Source of the DNA: an uncultured Anaerolineaceae bacterium
GTDB lineage: Bacteria; Chloroflexota; Dehalococcoidia; Tepidiformales; Tepidiformaceae
DNA length: 36,538 nt
Assembly (NCBI GenBank): GCA_964343095.1
Contig: CAYFHW010000001.1
Location: forward strand, 1-36,538
Direction of reading: 5' to 3'
The notes under the pieces are model-generated. The model made no database searches, had not been told where the DNA came from, and saw only the letters and a program-made list of their open reading frames with translations. A program made the translations under genes and the position numbers. This document shows positions 1 to 10,355 of this stretch, piece after piece; position 1 is the stretch's first letter; every line of letters begins with the position of its first letter.

Positions 1-20
1 AAGTTTTTCTTTTGCATCAC

Positions 21-1040
21 TCATAAGGAAACACTTTTTGATTCAGAAGAAGCTGCCAATTCCATAGATGATCCTTTTAGCCTAGCCAACGGTATCCCAA
101 ATAGCCACATAAGTAATAGACCGACCACAGTTGTTGGAATGAAGATAACAGCATGTGCAACCAATGCATAAGCCGATGCTACCCCACTGGCAATTCCACC
201 ACTGGTAAGAACAAGACGTGCAGCCCATTCGAAAGGTCCTGTACCCCCAAAAAAAGTAGGTAAGATAATCGCTAAATTCGCAGCTGACAATAGTAATAAG
301 AAATGACCAAAGCCTAAATCAATTTTAAACCCTAGCCCTATGACGGCATAAGCAGAAGCTTCAACCGTCCATGCAATAGCGCTAAGAAAAACAACTGCTA
401 AAAAAGTTGATGAATTATGCACCGATCGAAAACCTATCAACAATGCAGACGCATGTGGCGCTAGAAGGGAACGAACCCGACGTGGTAGCTTCCAAAGGAA
501 CCAAGCAGCTACTCTTCGCGCACGTATTGGACTTGAGGTAAACCAATAGAAAAAGATGAACGCAACTGCAAAAAAAATTGCTGATACAACACCAATAATT
601 CGCAATGTGCCATCTTCAAAACCAATAAAAAGACCTGTAATTACAAACATCACAACAAGAACTCCACCATCAAAAAGTCGCTCAACTGCAATTGTGGCAA
701 TCGCACTTGCTTTGGGAATTCTCTCACGCTCCCCAAGAATCCAAGCACGCACCAATTCTCCGATTCGTGCTGGCAAAAGATTATTGGCCATGTATCCGAT
801 AATTGCATAAGGGAACAATCGTCTAGCAGAAATATTTGCAACTGGTCGCATAAGCAAAGTCCATCGAACACAACGTATCCAAAGAGAAATGAACAAAATT
901 GCAACAGCAGGAAGCATAAACAGAAAATTAGCCTCTTTAAATGCATTCCAAACATCACTCAAATCAACAAGAGTGAAAAACAAGCCAACTAATACTGCGC
1001 TAAAAACAAACCCTATCCAAATACGTAAGGAGCGAAACAT
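21..1040 (-). CDS. UPF0104 / flippase-like polytopic membrane protein (lysyl-PG synthase TM-region family, TIGR00374 type)
   Basis: 339-aa ORF that is hydrophobic throughout, with multiple predicted TM spans. It carries the family-like charged patch RCVRW...NNLLPARIGELVRAWIL. It is the last gene of the minus-strand string, 26 nt after the upstream gene. Confidence 0.7.
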   Translation of the reverse strand: MFRSLRIWIGFVFSAVLVGLFFTLVDLSDVWNAFKEANFLFMLPAVAILFISLWIRCVRWTLLMRPVANISARRLFPYAIIGYMANNLLPARIGELVRAWILGERERIPKASAIATIAVERLFDGGVLVVMFVITGLFIGFEDGTLRIIGVVSAIFFAVAFIFFYWFTSSPIRARRVAAWFLWKLPRRVRSLLAPHASALLIGFRSVHNSSTFLAVVFLSAIAWTVEASAYAVIGLGFKIDLGFGHFLLLLSAANLAIILPTFFGGTGPFEWAARLVLTSGGIASGVASAYALVAHAVIFIPTTVVGLLLMWLFGIPLARLKGSSMELAASSESKSVSL

Positions 1041-1066
1041 TACACCTGAGTGTAGCGGATCATTAA

Positions 1067-3355
1067 TTAGGGATCCGCATTCTTGGCGAACCAGGCAACA
1101 CCATCTACAGAACCCAGATCTGCAAAAGGTTCGTGATCACGCCAGAAAAAATACGAGACTAAAAACCAATTGTTACGACCAGAAGTTTTGAATATATTCG
1201 AACCAATCACTTTCCATGTTTGAATTTCCCTGAATGAATAGTACCTGCTCGTATTAGCTGGATCATTTGGATTTCGACGAAACGGTTCCTTATATGTTTC
1301 AGGAAACCACCAACGATGAGGGTATGACTCTGATGGGAAATAGTTGTCTTTTATTCCCAGACGGCTTAACTCAGAACGGATATAAGATGCATTGCTTGCA
1401 GTAGTTAAAATTACTGAATAGTCATATTTTTCGAAATCTAATCCGTCAACATGATCTCCATAATGAATTTTTCCAGGGAAATCACGGAAATACCAAACCC
1501 AAGGCCAGGCAAAGGAAGCTTTGCTGTCAACAGCTATAAAGACCTCCTGAGCATTTTGAGATTCACCTACAATACGATCTATCCTTTTATCTAATTCCTT
1601 CAAATATGGTGAGGACTGCGTATAAATAAGCAGATCCTTGGGAACATCACCACGCACAAACGTAAGACCTGTCATCGTTCGAAATGAGAAAAAGGATAAT
1701 GCAGATATTAATAAGACCACTGCCAAAAAAGGCACCGATCGAGAACCAAATTTATATATACAAAGACCAAACAAAAGGAGTGGGAAAAGAACAAACAGAA
1801 TACGCACACTCATAAACAGATCTTGTACATATACCGCTACTGGAAAGGCTACTGCCGAAATAATTGAAACAGCAAAAATTACAAATCCAACTTTCACCCA
1901 ATTTTCCTTTTTCCCAGAATCAAACCAATAACTCCAGAAGTTATAGACTGACCAAGCAGCCAATAGCGCTGCTGGTAAAGCTATATGGACAGTCAACCAA
2001 GGCATTTTTTCGCCTGCAAAGGAAAGAGCAAAAAAAACTGCAATTAACCAGAAAGACAAAAACTTCGCAAAATAATCACGACGGAAAAATGACCAAACAA
2101 GGCCTGGAAGAGCCAAGGAAAATAATAAGAACTCGTAGGGTGGAACAGTCATTAAATAATAAAACCAGGGCTGTTCTCCACGCCTGACCACTTGTTGATC
2201 TCGCCAATAGTCGAGAGATCCCCAGACCCCCGTGCAAAGACCATCAACATTAGTCCAAAAGGTGGTCATGAAAGTTGCAAAAATTACGCTTCCGAGAAGG
2301 GCACATATTAGCCAAATTTTCGGTTTCCATAATAAACCTACTGCTGCAGACAATCCCCCCACAATGAGCAAAGAAACAATAATGGGCATTCGATCACTTA
2401 CTGAACCAACACAAACAACATCCTGAGCAAGGATTCCAGAATCGACAACACCTTTTCCTATAAAAGGAATGCTTTGCAAAATCGAGACATCACGAAGCAA
2501 CGGAATACCCATTTCTAACGGATCACGAAGGAATGCAATCAGCAAAGGCAAGATAAGTGTCCCTAAAAGAACGAGTAAATCACCACTGCGTGGTAGGGCC
2601 TTCCACTCTAGTCGTGTGCGAATCTTGCCAATCAGAGGCCAAAAAACAACACACAGCCAGGCAACGGGCATTAAGGCAATCACACAAAAAACTCGCTTTT
2701 TTCGATTCATTGAGAATTTCATTTTTGCAAGATCACCAGACAATAGAGCATTTAATAGAAGTAGGAAGATCGCGGCTTCAAGATAAGCCATTTCCTTGGT
2801 GAGAAAGAGTCCTACAATCGAACCAGCAAATACTAGTAACCAGCGGTGGCGTCCTGTTGCCAAATAACGCCAGATAGCAATTACCAGGCAAAGGGTAAAA
2901 ACTGCAATGTATATGTCTCCACGAAAAAAGCGACTGTAATAGACAAGTGAAGGTGAGAAGGCAATAAAAGCCATTGCAGCAATTGTGCCCACAGTGCCCA
3001 GATGACGACGCAAAAATAGTGGGAGCGCAGTTAAAAGGATGCCAAAGAAAGCTACCGAAAGCCGGGCGGTGTAATCGCTATCCTGAAAAACAATAAATGT
3101 AAATGCTTGGACAAAGTAATAAAAAGGGCCATGAAAAACGGGGTCGTGAATGTAATGTCCCTCAAAAGCTAACTGCCAAGACCAGAATGCATGAATACTT
3201 TCATCATGATGTAAAGTAACTGAACCCAAATCCCAAAGACGCAAAATAGCCGCAGCTACAAATATTATTATGTAAATATAAACTTCCCATTTTGTAAAAC
3301 TCTTATCACTCAAATGGATATATTGCAGGCTACGTGCAGAAAGACGTGAAAACAT
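1067..3355 (-). CDS. TIGR03663-family GT-C / PMT-ArnT-like polytopic membrane protein (Agl23-like in some databases)
   Basis: 762-aa polytopic ORF. The N-terminal invariant features I recall for TIGR03663 are present: HHDESIH (DE dipeptide) and VFHGPFYYF (HGP tripeptide). It has a large C-terminal non-membrane part and lies next to a DUF2298 gene, as is typical for this family. Confidence 0.7.
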   Translation of the reverse strand: MFSRLSARSLQYIHLSDKSFTKWEVYIYIIIFVAAAILRLWDLGSVTLHHDESIHAFWSWQLAFEGHYIHDPVFHGPFYYFVQAFTFIVFQDSDYTARLSVAFFGILLTALPLFLRRHLGTVGTIAAMAFIAFSPSLVYYSRFFRGDIYIAVFTLCLVIAIWRYLATGRHRWLLVFAGSIVGLFLTKEMAYLEAAIFLLLLNALLSGDLAKMKFSMNRKKRVFCVIALMPVAWLCVVFWPLIGKIRTRLEWKALPRSGDLLVLLGTLILPLLIAFLRDPLEMGIPLLRDVSILQSIPFIGKGVVDSGILAQDVVCVGSVSDRMPIIVSLLIVGGLSAAVGLLWKPKIWLICALLGSVIFATFMTTFWTNVDGLCTGVWGSLDYWRDQQVVRRGEQPWFYYLMTVPPYEFLLFSLALPGLVWSFFRRDYFAKFLSFWLIAVFFALSFAGEKMPWLTVHIALPAALLAAWSVYNFWSYWFDSGKKENWVKVGFVIFAVSIISAVAFPVAVYVQDLFMSVRILFVLFPLLLFGLCIYKFGSRSVPFLAVVLLISALSFFSFRTMTGLTFVRGDVPKDLLIYTQSSPYLKELDKRIDRIVGESQNAQEVFIAVDSKASFAWPWVWYFRDFPGKIHYGDHVDGLDFEKYDYSVILTTASNASYIRSELSRLGIKDNYFPSESYPHRWWFPETYKEPFRRNPNDPANTSRYYSFREIQTWKVIGSNIFKTSGRNNWFLVSYFFWRDHEPFADLGSVDGVAWFAKNADP

Positions 3356-3392
3356 TACAATTAGTTTAATCTTCCCTTCATCTAAACACGCA

Positions 3393-5729
3393 TCATTCCT
3401 TCAATGGAATGCTATAAATGCGAGCCCCCAAACCTATATTATCGCCAAAAACTAGAGTTAGAATCGCATCAAAATGGAGAATAAAATTATCCGGATAACT
3501 AGCTCTCTCGAGTCCACTAACCACAAGGTAATTAACTTCCAATTCTCTCAGGATGGCCAAGACCTCTTCAGAATTAGAAGCTAGATAAATTTCGTCAACG
3601 AGATTTAAACGTCTGTTAATTTCTTCCCTTGAATTCTGTGAAGGACGCCATTGTATTTCATGTCCCGGCCAACCAATTGGCGATTGTAAACCAGTACGTG
3701 CTGCAACCCTACCAGCTAAAGTGTAATCAATTCGATGTGAAGAAATTTCGAGATCACCCTCGTTATTTCTAACCCATGTTCTCCCACTTGCCTCCACGAT
3801 AATCGAACTTTTTTTAACATTTTCCTGCAGCCACTGAACAACTTCTCGATCATCTGCATCGACATAAATCAAGCCATCAATTGTGGGACTGCCTACATTC
3901 TCATTAATACGATTAGGAATTGAGATAGCAATATACGTAAGAGAAACGATAACTAGACTCGCAACAACTACTGCAAAAACAGGCTTGAGTAACCGGTATC
4001 CCTCTAGCCTGCGAAATGCTTCAGATAGTGAAACAGCACCGACCACAGAAGACACAATCCAGGATTGGTACAGAAGTTTAAACACGGTATTCGAACGAGG
4101 ATGAATTTCTTCGAACACATCCCGAACGTAGAAGAACTCAGCGCCATAACAAAGTAGGGTTGAGAGAATCGCTAATGAAGTCAATAAAACCATCACAAAC
4201 CATTTTTTTTGCAAGAAAATAATCAACGCATAAGTGAAGCCCCACAACAAGACACCCTGAAATGCAATAGTGGACCAACCACTTGCAGTCCGAGCGATTT
4301 CAAAAATCGAACTATTCAATGCAGCAAGCCAAACAATAAAGGGAATCATCGGCATAACACCGGCAACTACAAACACACGCAAGGGCATCTTCGGTACAGA
4401 TCGTATTGCAAAAAATATCAGCGGAGTCATAGCGAGGAGAAGCGGTCCATTCAATAAAATCATTTGCTCAAGGTTGGAACCAGGACCTATGTACGGTGCT
4501 ATACCTCCGGCTTGTGTAGAAAAAGTGGCATACCAAGCCCCGTACATAGCAGCTGACAAAAACATCACAGGAACAAGCCATCCACAGATCTTTATAAAAG
4601 AACTGTAGGTGAAATCATTTTTTAAATTATGAGCTAACGCAGCAATTACAATTGCAGCATTGAATGTCACAAAATCCCAAGCATTTACGAAAGCAAGGGA
4701 GCCCATAATTAAAGCAAGCAGAAAGCCAATAATAGGATCTCTTAAATGTGTTCGGAAAGACAGGATACCTCGCGACCGCCACAAACTAGATGCCACCGCC
4801 AAACTTAAAATTACCCCAGGGATAGACATTAAATGAGGATGGAGGTCTCCTAAAAGAAAAGAAAAAGCAGGGAATTCAATAATCGTTTCAGGTATCAGTC
4901 GTGTTGCACGCCACCAAAACCAAAACTCAGTAGGATACCAAGTTGTAGAAAATGCATCTGTTAGAGAATTTAACCCTAACGTTTCTAAAAATTTATCCGG
5001 CAAATTCATGTGGATAGACAAAAATTCTATAAAGCCGGCAAGAGAACCTGTGAAAAGCAACAGTGTTATACCTAGTAAGCTGGTTGAGAAGAATGCTAAA
5101 GCTGAAAAGTTTTTCACTAGCCAGCGAAAAAGCGTAGCCACCAGTGAAAAAACTGTGGTGACACTTCCTGCAAAAGCAAGTGCAAGCGCCAAATTGTACC
5201 CAATAGATGTAGAAATATCCGTAAGCAAGATAAGTAAGCCAGCCTGAATAAAGCCACCGTAGTAATAGGAAAGACTTTCTCCTGCAAACCAAGGGTCATG
5301 TGGTGGATAACTAGGAGATTCGACAACTGCATTCAACATCATCAAATCCATAGGTTGTTCAGTGTGCGCAATCTCAGGGGTAAAGGAACGGAAAATCACG
5401 TACGCAAAAAACGCAATATTGAAAACACCAAATGTACATAACCCGAAAGGACCAGCTCTTCGAAGTACTAATACAAAATGACGATCTGTCCTAGCAATTA
5501 AAAACGATAAGACCGCAAATAAAAACAGTAGGATAGCTAGCGAACCTACTCCATTTGGGATTCCGATAACGCGAAGCAAAAACCAAGTGGCTGACAGAAT
5601 AATTAGCCCGAGAGGTATAGAAAACCCAATACCAGCATCAATAAATCGTCGGAATAAACGAACGGATAATGGAACCGTAAGAATACCGATCAATATTGCC
5701 GCTGCCCAAAAAGCTAGTACTGCTGACAT
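3393..5729 (-). CDS. DUF2298 / Chlor_Arch_YYY domain (TIGR03662) polytopic membrane protein
   Basis: 778-aa ORF. ESLSYYYGGF matches the YYYxG signature. The C-terminal soluble region (TGLQSPIGWPGHEIQWR...YLVVSGLERASYP) resembles the DUF2298 C-terminus. It starts 7 nt downstream of the ftsY stop. Confidence 0.75.
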   Translation of the reverse strand: MSAVLAFWAAAILIGILTVPLSVRLFRRFIDAGIGFSIPLGLIILSATWFLLRVIGIPNGVGSLAILLFLFAVLSFLIARTDRHFVLVLRRAGPFGLCTFGVFNIAFFAYVIFRSFTPEIAHTEQPMDLMMLNAVVESPSYPPHDPWFAGESLSYYYGGFIQAGLLILLTDISTSIGYNLALALAFAGSVTTVFSLVATLFRWLVKNFSALAFFSTSLLGITLLLFTGSLAGFIEFLSIHMNLPDKFLETLGLNSLTDAFSTTWYPTEFWFWWRATRLIPETIIEFPAFSFLLGDLHPHLMSIPGVILSLAVASSLWRSRGILSFRTHLRDPIIGFLLALIMGSLAFVNAWDFVTFNAAIVIAALAHNLKNDFTYSSFIKICGWLVPVMFLSAAMYGAWYATFSTQAGGIAPYIGPGSNLEQMILLNGPLLLAMTPLIFFAIRSVPKMPLRVFVVAGVMPMIPFIVWLAALNSSIFEIARTASGWSTIAFQGVLLWGFTYALIIFLQKKWFVMVLLTSLAILSTLLCYGAEFFYVRDVFEEIHPRSNTVFKLLYQSWIVSSVVGAVSLSEAFRRLEGYRLLKPVFAVVVASLVIVSLTYIAISIPNRINENVGSPTIDGLIYVDADDREVVQWLQENVKKSSIIVEASGRTWVRNNEGDLEISSHRIDYTLAGRVAARTGLQSPIGWPGHEIQWRPSQNSREEINRRLNLVDEIYLASNSEEVLAILRELEVNYLVVSGLERASYPDNFILHFDAILTLVFGDNIGLGARIYSIPLKE

Positions 5730-5736
5730 AAGTCAC

Positions 5737-6681
5737 TTAATTAAGGATAGCGTCAACAAAAACTTCTGGGTCAAATGGCGACAAATCCTCAAGCGATTCA
5801 CCTGTCCCAATAAGATATACGGGCACCCCTATTTCCTTTGCCACGGCGAAAGCAATTCCACCTCGAGCAGTGCCATCAAGCTTAGCAAGTATGATACCCG
5901 TAACATCTACGTATTCAGAAAAAATTTTTGCTTGCTGTAAACCATTTTGACCTGTAGTCGCATCTAAGATAAGTAAGGTTTCATGAGGTACATCCAAAAG
6001 GTTTCTCTCAATCACTCGTTTGATTTTCCCTAATTCTTCCATTAGATTGCTCTGATTATGTAAACGACCCGCTGTATCGACAATCACTGCACTTATATTG
6101 TTAGCCTTTGCGGCAGCAATCGCATCGAACGCAACAGAACTGGGGTCGGACCTATCTTGATGAGAGATAACACGGACACCAATCCGCTTTCCCCAAACTT
6201 CAATTTGTTCAACCGCTGCAGCACGGAACGTATCTGCAGCAGCTAAAACACAAGAGATACCTAAACCTTGCAGCATAAAGGCTAGCTTCGCAGTTGAAGT
6301 TGTTTTACCTGCACCATTTACGCCGACGACAAGAATAGCAAATGGATTGGGTATCTCATTTTCCGGGGAACCCCAAATAGGTACTCGACTCAAAGGGGTT
6401 TTTAAAATCGTAACTAACTCATCCCTCAAAAATAACCTTACATCAGAAGCAGACTTTATCTTTTTTTCGTGAACAGTTTTTCTAACTCTTTCAAGAATAT
6501 ATTCCGTGGTTGGAAGTCCAACATCAGCCGAAATTAATGCCTCTTCTAAATCATCCCAAAGACTGTTATCAAAATCTTGACGATTAAAAATATTTACGAG
6601 TACATCAAACCTGGAACGTGTTTTCTCTGTGGCATTTTTTGTTCGTTTTTTAACTTCGCTTGAATCGCCACGCCACCACAT
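5737..6681 (-). CDS. ftsY: Signal recognition particle receptor FtsY
   Basis: SRP54-type GTPase motifs are present: GVNGAGKTTSTAKLA (G1), DTAGRLH (G3) and AKLDGTARGG (G4/G5 region). There is a basic/acidic N-terminal A-like region. Confidence 0.95.
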   Translation of the reverse strand: MWWRGDSSEVKKRTKNATEKTRSRFDVLVNIFNRQDFDNSLWDDLEEALISADVGLPTTEYILERVRKTVHEKKIKSASDVRLFLRDELVTILKTPLSRVPIWGSPENEIPNPFAILVVGVNGAGKTTSTAKLAFMLQGLGISCVLAAADTFRAAAVEQIEVWGKRIGVRVISHQDRSDPSSVAFDAIAAAKANNISAVIVDTAGRLHNQSNLMEELGKIKRVIERNLLDVPHETLLILDATTGQNGLQQAKIFSEYVDVTGIILAKLDGTARGGIAFAVAKEIGVPVYLIGTGESLEDLSPFDPEVFVDAILN

Positions 6682-6704
6682 TTTTATAAAAACCGTTCTT
6701 GCTA

Positions 6705-9700
6705 TTACAAATTAGCAGACAACCGCATAGAAAGAGTTTTAGAAACCCCATCCCGACCCATAGAAACACCGTAGATGGCATCTGTAGCTTCAATTGTGTG
6801 ACGGTTATGCGTAACAACTAAAAATTGTGTTTTTTCAGACAGCTTCTTTAATTCACCGACAAAACGATTGACATTAGCTTCATCAAGAGATGCATCTGCT
6901 TCGTCCAAAATACACATAGGTGCAGGTTTAACCATTAGAAATGCAAATAATAAGGCCACTGCTGTAAGGGAACGTTCACCACCCGACAAAAGATTCAGCG
7001 ATCGCAAATCTTTCCCCGGAAGTTTTACCTCGATTTCAATACCGGAATCGGTTGGATCGCCAGCATTATCAAGCAATAAGCCTGCTTTACCTCCACCGAA
7101 AAAAGCAGTGAAATTATTTGAAAATGCAATATTTACTTTCTCAAATACATCCTTAAATTGCGAGCGGATCTTCTCATTTAACTCACTTATAGCTCCGTGC
7201 AGCTGCTTTTCTGTTTCCGTTAAATCATCAATTTGCGCAACAAGGAAATTGTATCGCTCTTCACTTTCAATCAAATCTTCGGATGCTTCTTGATTTACAG
7301 GTCCCAAGCGCCGAATCTGGGCACGCAAAGAATGCACTTCATCTTCAAGAGCATTCATATCCAATAGCGCACCTCCACGAACTGATTCAGAATTCTCTTC
7401 TGCGGGAGGAAGACTTCCGTCTCCTTCATTAACGACACCCGCATCGGAACCCCTTAAACCCGAACTATCGATTGGTCCCAATAGCCCAATGCCACCACTG
7501 CTTAAGGGGGTAAAACCATCACGCTCCATTTCCTCACGTAAAGAAATACGCCTTTCTGTAGCACGAGAAGCCTCTGCATCTAAAGTAAGTCGCTTTTGCT
7601 GAGTTTTTAGCAAAGCTGCTTGTGCCTCCTGATGTGAAGACCTCAATTCCCCCTCTCTATCTTCAAGATTTTTAAAACTGATCTCGTAGGGTTCTAAGCT
7701 TTCACGTAATTCTTGATACTTACTTTTTAGATCAACCAACTCCTGTTCCTTACTTACGAGGAGGACATCTATGTGTTGTACTTCAGAATTGAGCACTTCA
7801 ATCCTTGCTTCCCGATCCTTGATTCCGATGACGAGCCTATCAACGTTTTGCACATGTGTATCACTTAATCTTTTCTGCACTTCCATCTCGCTCTTGAAAT
7901 CGGCCACACGACTTACCACTTCTTCCATCTTCGAAGCCAAATTTTTATGTACTGAAACATTCTCCCTCAAATTTATCGTTAGTTCAGACAGTTTGGTTTC
8001 AATCTCACTCCGCCTGCTCTCAATTTCAGAAACGGCAACTCTGTTCTCGGTATTCTTCCTTGTGATTCGCTCTTGCTCTAAATCAAAAGCATTCAACTCA
8101 CTCAAAATAGCATCCCGGCCTTGTACACTTCTATAGTGCGCTTCCTGAGTAACTTCTCTATCGCGCCTAATATCATCCAATCGAGTATGTGCGCTATCCA
8201 ATTGGCCTGTCGTTTCATCTACCTGAATATTTACACGCTCAAGAGCTAATCGAGCACTTTCAACTTGACTATTTGAACCTTGATCACGAACTTGTAGCTC
8301 TTTTATTAAATCAACCAACTCATGCCGGTCACGCTCACGTGCAATTGCTCCAGCTGCCGGGGTATCCTTACTGCTTGAGCCACCAATTAGCGTTCCATTC
8401 GGTTCAACAATCACGCCGTCTGTCGTGACAATTAATCCTCCAAACGCACGTTTAGCCATCTTAAAAGCTGTTTCGATATCTGAAACAACTATTACACGGC
8501 CTAATATTGTCTCAACGAAGGGTCTAACCTCATCATCAAAGTCAATTAATCGGCTTGCAACTCCCAAAACACCACGTTCTTTAGCAAGATTCAAAGGAAT
8601 GGTTTTCTTAAAAGTATCGACAGGTAAAAAATGTACTCGTCCTAAAGTATTCTTCTGGAGAAGTTCGATAGCACGGATTGCCTCATCTCGATTCTCTATA
8701 AGTACAGAATGAAATCTTCTCTCCAAAACTGCTGATATGGCCGTTTCCAAAGCAAAAGGTACTCGCAAATGGTGCACTAAAATTCCAAGAACACCAGAGA
8801 GGTCGCGACCTTCCTCACTAAATTGCAAAACAGCCTCGGGGCCTGCAGCCAGATCTGTATGTTCAGTATGTATATGATTCAATGTCGCAAAACGACCTTC
8901 TAAAGCATCCAATTCACGCAAAATGATATTGCGTTCAGCTTCATATTTTCGTAACTCCTCTTGCACACGTATAAATCTTGAACGAGCTTCATTAACTGCT
9001 GCTTGGGCATTTGTAACTTCTTGCTCACGTAAATTAATATTTTCCGTAATCGCTTCTTCTTTCTGCCAACGGTCTTTGACAAGCTTTTCCGCTTCTGAAA
9101 GGCGAGCTGTAATTTCCGCTCTGCCTTCTGTGGATCGCCCATTTTCATCTGCTGTAATTTCAGATGTAAATTCTTCATGCTTTTCATTCAGCCAAGTGAG
9201 TTCTGCTTTTAATTCATTCTCTCGACGACGTAAAGAATTTACAGTTTCATCAATTTCATCAAATTCACTTTTTGCCTGATTAAGATCCCTTTCTAATAAT
9301 CCAAGCCGATCATCACTATCCTCAAGCTCCTTCGGTACATCTTGCATACTCAAGGCATCATAATCAGCTTTAAAAACAGTTAACTCGCTTTCAATTTCCT
9401 TAATGCGATCGACCACAGTAACTTTGCGTTCACGAGCATAAGAAAGGTCATTTTCAAATTTAGCTAAATTTACCTGGGCATTAGTACGCTCTTGTTCACG
9501 AGTTGTAAAACTCTCTCGATGACCTTTTATCTGATCGCCAATCGTAGTCAGTGCATCAGCAAATTCACGTACTAATTTTTCTGCAGAATCCTCCTCTGCA
9601 AGGCACTGATCTAACGCAGCATTGGCACTTACAATAGAATTGTGAGCTTCATCCCAACGGACACCATGGTAATCAGATAACAAGCTGTTCAACCGCTCAG

Positions 9701-10355
9701 TTAAATCCTTGTATTTAGTTGAGCGATCCGCCTGCCTCCTTAATCGAGTCAAATTCGGCTTTAATTCATCTGCTATAAGTTGTAACCTCGACAAATTCTC
9801 TGCAGTATCACTTAAACGTTTGTTGGCATCAGAAATCCGCAATCGGTACTGTTTAACACCCGCTACATCATCTACAAGTGAACGTCGCTCCTGCGCAGTC
9901 ATTGTTAAGAAATGATCAACTGCACCCTGATTTAAAAAAGAATATGAATTCTGGCCAAGATTCACTTTTTGCAAGAGTTCGAGGAGCTCACGATGCAAAA
10001 TCCGCGTCCCATTTAATAAATACTCACTACTCCCATCACGATAAGCACGCCTTGAAATCTCCACCTCCTTAAAATCTAGAGGAAATGCACCATCAGAATT
10101 ATCGATTGCGATAACAACCTCTGCCATACCAAACCTTGACTTAGCAGAACCTGCAGAGTGAATGACATCATCCTGTTTCTTTGCACGTATCAAACGGGAA
10201 TTTTGTTCACCAAGAACCCAGCGGACAGAATCTGCAACATTACTTTTTCCTGAACCATTTGGCCCAACGATCGCTGTAACACCTGGATCAAATTCAAACG
10301 TCGTCTCGTTAGCAAAGCTTTTAAAACCGGTGATCGTCAATTTCCTTATAAACAT
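6705..10355 (-). CDS. smc: Chromosome partition protein Smc
   Basis: 1216 aa. It has an N-terminal Walker A (GPNGSGKSN), long coiled coils, a hinge (GVLGILVHHL...VVSDIETA), the C-terminal signature LSGGERSL and Walker B (CILDEADASLD). Confidence 0.95.
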   Translation of the reverse strand: MFIRKLTITGFKSFANETTFEFDPGVTAIVGPNGSGKSNVADSVRWVLGEQNSRLIRAKKQDDVIHSAGSAKSRFGMAEVVIAIDNSDGAFPLDFKEVEISRRAYRDGSSEYLLNGTRILHRELLELLQKVNLGQNSYSFLNQGAVDHFLTMTAQERRSLVDDVAGVKQYRLRISDANKRLSDTAENLSRLQLIADELKPNLTRLRRQADRSTKYKDLTERLNSLLSDYHGVRWDEAHNSIVSANAALDQCLAEEDSAEKLVREFADALTTIGDQIKGHRESFTTREQERTNAQVNLAKFENDLSYARERKVTVVDRIKEIESELTVFKADYDALSMQDVPKELEDSDDRLGLLERDLNQAKSEFDEIDETVNSLRRRENELKAELTWLNEKHEEFTSEITADENGRSTEGRAEITARLSEAEKLVKDRWQKEEAITENINLREQEVTNAQAAVNEARSRFIRVQEELRKYEAERNIILRELDALEGRFATLNHIHTEHTDLAAGPEAVLQFSEEGRDLSGVLGILVHHLRVPFALETAISAVLERRFHSVLIENRDEAIRAIELLQKNTLGRVHFLPVDTFKKTIPLNLAKERGVLGVASRLIDFDDEVRPFVETILGRVIVVSDIETAFKMAKRAFGGLIVTTDGVIVEPNGTLIGGSSSKDTPAAGAIARERDRHELVDLIKELQVRDQGSNSQVESARLALERVNIQVDETTGQLDSAHTRLDDIRRDREVTQEAHYRSVQGRDAILSELNAFDLEQERITRKNTENRVAVSEIESRRSEIETKLSELTINLRENVSVHKNLASKMEEVVSRVADFKSEMEVQKRLSDTHVQNVDRLVIGIKDREARIEVLNSEVQHIDVLLVSKEQELVDLKSKYQELRESLEPYEISFKNLEDREGELRSSHQEAQAALLKTQQKRLTLDAEASRATERRISLREEMERDGFTPLSSGGIGLLGPIDSSGLRGSDAGVVNEGDGSLPPAEENSESVRGGALLDMNALEDEVHSLRAQIRRLGPVNQEASEDLIESEERYNFLVAQIDDLTETEKQLHGAISELNEKIRSQFKDVFEKVNIAFSNNFTAFFGGGKAGLLLDNAGDPTDSGIEIEVKLPGKDLRSLNLLSGGERSLTAVALLFAFLMVKPAPMCILDEADASLDEANVNRFVGELKKLSEKTQFLVVTHNRHTIEATDAIYGVSMGRDGVSKTLSMRLSANL

